Source: Chiloscyllium plagiosum (Eukaryota). From it: a stretch of DNA of 64,000 bases. A program made the position numbers and the translations under genes. The stretch spans positions 83,726,827 through 83,790,826 of the forward strand of contig NC_057719.1 of assembly GCF_004010195.1 (NCBI RefSeq), read 5' to 3'. Positions 60,520 to 64,000 of this stretch are shown here, one piece after another; position 1 is the first letter of the stretch, and each line of letters begins with the position of its first letter. The notes below the pieces were generated by a model. The model saw nothing but the letters and a program-made list of their open reading frames with translations, was not told the origin of the DNA and ran no database searches.

Positions 60520-61075
60520 GGAGTTGGGATGTCATGGTGCAGATGTACATGACATTGATAAGGTCACTTTTGGAATACTGTGTTCAATTCTGGTCACCTT
60601 ACTGTAAGAAAGATGTTGTGAAACTTGAAAAGGTACAGAAAAGATTTAAGGATGTTGCTGGAGTTGGAGGTTTTGAGCTATAGGCAGAGCCTGGGGCTGT
60701 TTTCCCTGGAACATCGGAGGTCAAAAGGTGACCTTATAGAGATTTATAAAATCATGAGGGGCATGGAGAGGGTGAATTGCTATTTTCTGAGGATAGGAGA
60801 AACTACAGGGCTCAGGTTTAAGGTGAGATGGGAAAAATTTAAACAGACCTAAGGGGCAAGTTTTTCACTAAGGGGCAGAGGGTGGAATGAGCTGCCAGAG
60901 GAAGTGGTGGAGGCTGGTACAATTACGACATTTAAAAGGCTTCTGGATGGGTATATGGGTTTAGAGGGATAGAGGGCCAAATGCTGTCAATTGGTACTAG
61001 ATTAATTTAGGATAGCTGGTCGGCATAGAAGCGTTGGACCAAAGGGTCTGTTTCCACCTCAATGACTATGACTCT
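60520..61075 (+). mobile_element. CR1 3' fragment
   Basis: GLFSLEHRRSKGDLIEIYKIMRG and 3' UTR as at 26900-26990. Confidence 0.9.
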
Positions 61076-61409
61076 ATCAGAGGTGAAATGAGGAGATATT
61101 TCTTTATACAGTAAATAATGAGCTGGAATGCGTGAAAGGACAAGGAGTTTGAAAAGTTCACTGCTGCAGGAAAGAATAAATGAAAGGGATTACATGGATA
61201 CCTCTTTTAAACAGCCAGGGTGGGTACAATGTGCTGTGTCATTCTAGGATTTGATGAATGGGTCTTGCTTTAAGGAAAGAATTAATTTCTACAGGCTCCA
61301 TTACTGTGTGAACCTGAATTGATATATCACAGGCAATGTACAGAGAGATGCTGATAGAAAATGTTAAGATGATATTTGGCCTTGTGAAAAAATACAGAGA
61401 GATGCTAGT

Positions 61410-61530
61410 GGGACCTCTCGTGGTGCAGTGGTGGTGTCCCTCCTCCTGGACAGGGAGACCCGAGTTCAAGTCCCGCCTGCTCCAGAGCTGTGTAATTATA
61501 GCTCCGAATAGGTTGATTAGAAAACATCTA
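61410..61530 (+). mobile_element. Short tRNA-derived SINE
   Basis: gtggtgcagtgg A box and gagttcaagtccc B box; reverse-complement match to 7250-7365. Confidence 0.72.
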
Positions 61531-61786
61531 AAGCGAGATGTTGTGCTGAGAACTTACTGCAGTGAGCCTGCGGCCAGATTTCCCCATTTCTCTCGCCCCC
61601 ATGTGGAGGGAACTGGGGAATATTGCTGGCCTTGTCCTTGTCCATAGCAGCTGTGATCTATCAGCACAGAACACACACAGTCATCCTTCAGGCACTACAC
61701 TCACACACACACACACAGCACATTAATGACACAGCTCACATCAAGTAGGGATTAGACACAAAATGAGCCACTTGTCCATAGTTTGG

Positions 61787-61798
61787 CGGGGGGGGGGG

Positions 61799-61837
<39 letters not shown>

Positions 61838-61845
61838 TGTGTGTA
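61787..61845. repeat. poly-G/(GA)n/(GT)n microsatellite
   Basis: Direct inspection. Confidence 0.9.
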
Positions 61846-62419
61846 TGTATATTTCTTGGGGAGGGTGGGAAGAGGCAAGATTATAGTACATTAAACATAT
61901 TAAACAGTACAAGCAAAATACCCCAAAGGCAGCAGCCAACGAGATACACATGGGAAGGGACGCATTGCGAAATGATGTTAATTTAAAGCAGGTCTGTAAA
62001 ACAGCGAGTGTATATTTAAGGCGACCTACCCAAGTATTCATGTCATACAGAGAGTTGGCAATATGAATTGCTCCTTCTGCCCTTTATTGAAAGGCTGTTG
62101 AGCTACTGGCAATACAAATTGAGATTGTTAAATCCCTTGCTGTGATCTTTACTGGCTTTTCAGAGTTCAGTTCAACTTCACGGTATCTGGGACTCTGACT
62201 TTTCGCTGTCATGTTGGGCTGGTCCTTTATGATCTCAGGCTCTTAAAGTCAATAAACTACAGCTCTGTTTTCTGATTCCTACCTTCGAGGTCATGGCTCC
62301 ACAACTGCTGGGTGCGGTTTCAAGAGTCGTGGCAATTTCCCTGATCTGCAGCAGCACTGAGGTGGTGAGTGATAGCAAGTTGTTCAACAGGAACCACGAC
62401 AGCTGCCACTCATGCGATC

Positions 62420-63370
62420 ATGAGGAACAGGAGCAGGAGTAGGCCATTTGGCCTGATGACCCGCTGAGAGAAGAAATTTCAATCAAACTACCACCTTAGG
62501 TGGGAGAAATCTCTTAATTTTAAATAGTGTCTCCAAGCTTTGATTCTCCCACAAGGAGAATGAATTCTCTCAGTACCAACTTTGTCAATCTTACATCAAG
62601 ATCTTAGATGTTTCAATAAGAGCACTTTTAATCCTTCAAAAGGCCAATGAGTTTAGGTCCAACCTGCTCCACTGTTCCTCATACGACAGAAATAGTGCAA
62701 TAAACATCTCCAATCTGCCTCTAATGCACTATATCACTGTTCAAAAAGTAGACCAGATGTATCTGCAGTATTCCAGGGTGTGGTCTCCCTATATCCTGTA
62801 TACCTTATCAAGATCTCACTCTTTTTACACACAATTCCCCTTATAGTAAAGGCCAACATTCCATATGCATACCTAGTCACTTGATGTACCTGTATGCCCA
62901 TTTGTGATTAACATCCTAGAACACCAGATCCTTTTGCAATGCAGTACTCTGCAGATACCCCCTCCATTTAAAGAATATTCGGCTTTCTATTCACACTGTC
63001 ACAGGGAACAACCTCACCTTCCCCTGCATTATATTCCATCTGCCAAATTCTTAACTGCTCATTTAGCCTATCTACATTCCTCTGCAGATCCTAAATCCTC
63101 ATCACAACTTGCTCTTTGTCCAAATCATTACTGTAGATTTTAATAGGTTGAGGTTCCAGCACTGATCCTTGTCTATTTTTATAGAGAATGACTCTCAATT
63201 ATCCCAACTGTCTTTTTTTCCTGTTAGTTAGCCAATCCCTTATACATGGTGATACGTCACCTCAAACATCATTAGCTCTTTCACGTAATCTCTTTTGCAG
63301 CATGTTATTGAATACCTAACGCAAATCCAATAAACTCTATCTATTAGTTTCCCTTTATCAAGCCAATCAA
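62420..63370 (-). mobile_element. Old CR1 (second family) RT and 3' fragment
   Basis: gaacaggagcaggagtaggccatt terminus followed by decayed antisense RT. Confidence 0.75.
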
Positions 63371-64000
63371 ATGAATTCTGTAGACTATTTTTTGTTTGCT
63401 ATTCAGTATTTTTGATTATGGACTGAAATGGGAAAAGAACGGTTTTAAAAACCAAGGAATGTTGGAGGATTGCTGCATTTCTAAAAAGTAAGTAACCAGA
63501 CACTTACATAGCAAAGCAAGCAATGAAAGCCTGGTTTGCAGACGAACTGGAGCCAAGGAACGGAGCTTTGGATAACAAACAATAATTGATTGGTCTGCGG
63601 ATTAGTGAACAGTTATTGATGACAAAAACCTTATGCCTGACAACAACTATATGATCATCTCCCAGGTAGCAGAACAGCTTGGGGATGAGAATGTTTTAGG
63701 CAGAAACCTCAGGACAGGAAGAAGCTGTTTTTGCTTGGCAACAATAAGGACATCAAGCTGAAGATAAAACAGTTTATTTCCCCTTTCCAGTCACTGTAGA
63801 CTGTGACTTTTAATTGAGAAGTCAAAGGCCTTTCTAAATGTGAACCAGTCACCCTGTGCCCCCTAGTAACTACTGAAAGTAACTGGAGGAGGAAGATCAA
63901 AAGCAGCATTGTGATCAGCACATGAATCATCTCAGTAATTCCTGAGAACAGGAAGTCCTGGATTGCTTTCCCAATCTTTCCCTCCACTCATAATACCCTT

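Overview
Vertebrate genomic DNA, almost certainly from a cartilaginous fish (shark), judged from HE1/V-SINE-type and Deu-domain SINEs together with HER1/CR1-type LINEs. The window is intergenic or intronic and repeat-dominated. It holds many nested, decayed CR1-type LINEs of at least three 3'-end families, plus RTE, L2 and Rex1-like fragments, SINEs, microsatellites and two assembly gaps (30365-31297, 53156-53920). I cannot identify any complete protein-coding gene. Most ORF-track entries are LINE fragments, their antisense, or chance ORFs. The most structured signal is a set of eight Penelope-like insertions from three sequence families. Their ends carry minimal hammerhead-ribozyme cores (CUGANGA-A-stem II-GAAA-palindrome-UH) with covarying stems. 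They include solo cassettes of about 100-200 bp with 12-16 bp target-site duplications, inverted or hairpin copies, and one copy that retains a GIY-YIG endonuclease C-terminus. Other points of interest are a 1.0-kb tandem duplication with patchy divergence, candidate orphan exons on both strands, an immune-type enhancer motif cluster and two degenerate minisatellites. Repeat boundaries are read by eye and approximate unless a TSD fixes them. Family names come from recalled consensus similarity, not from a database search.
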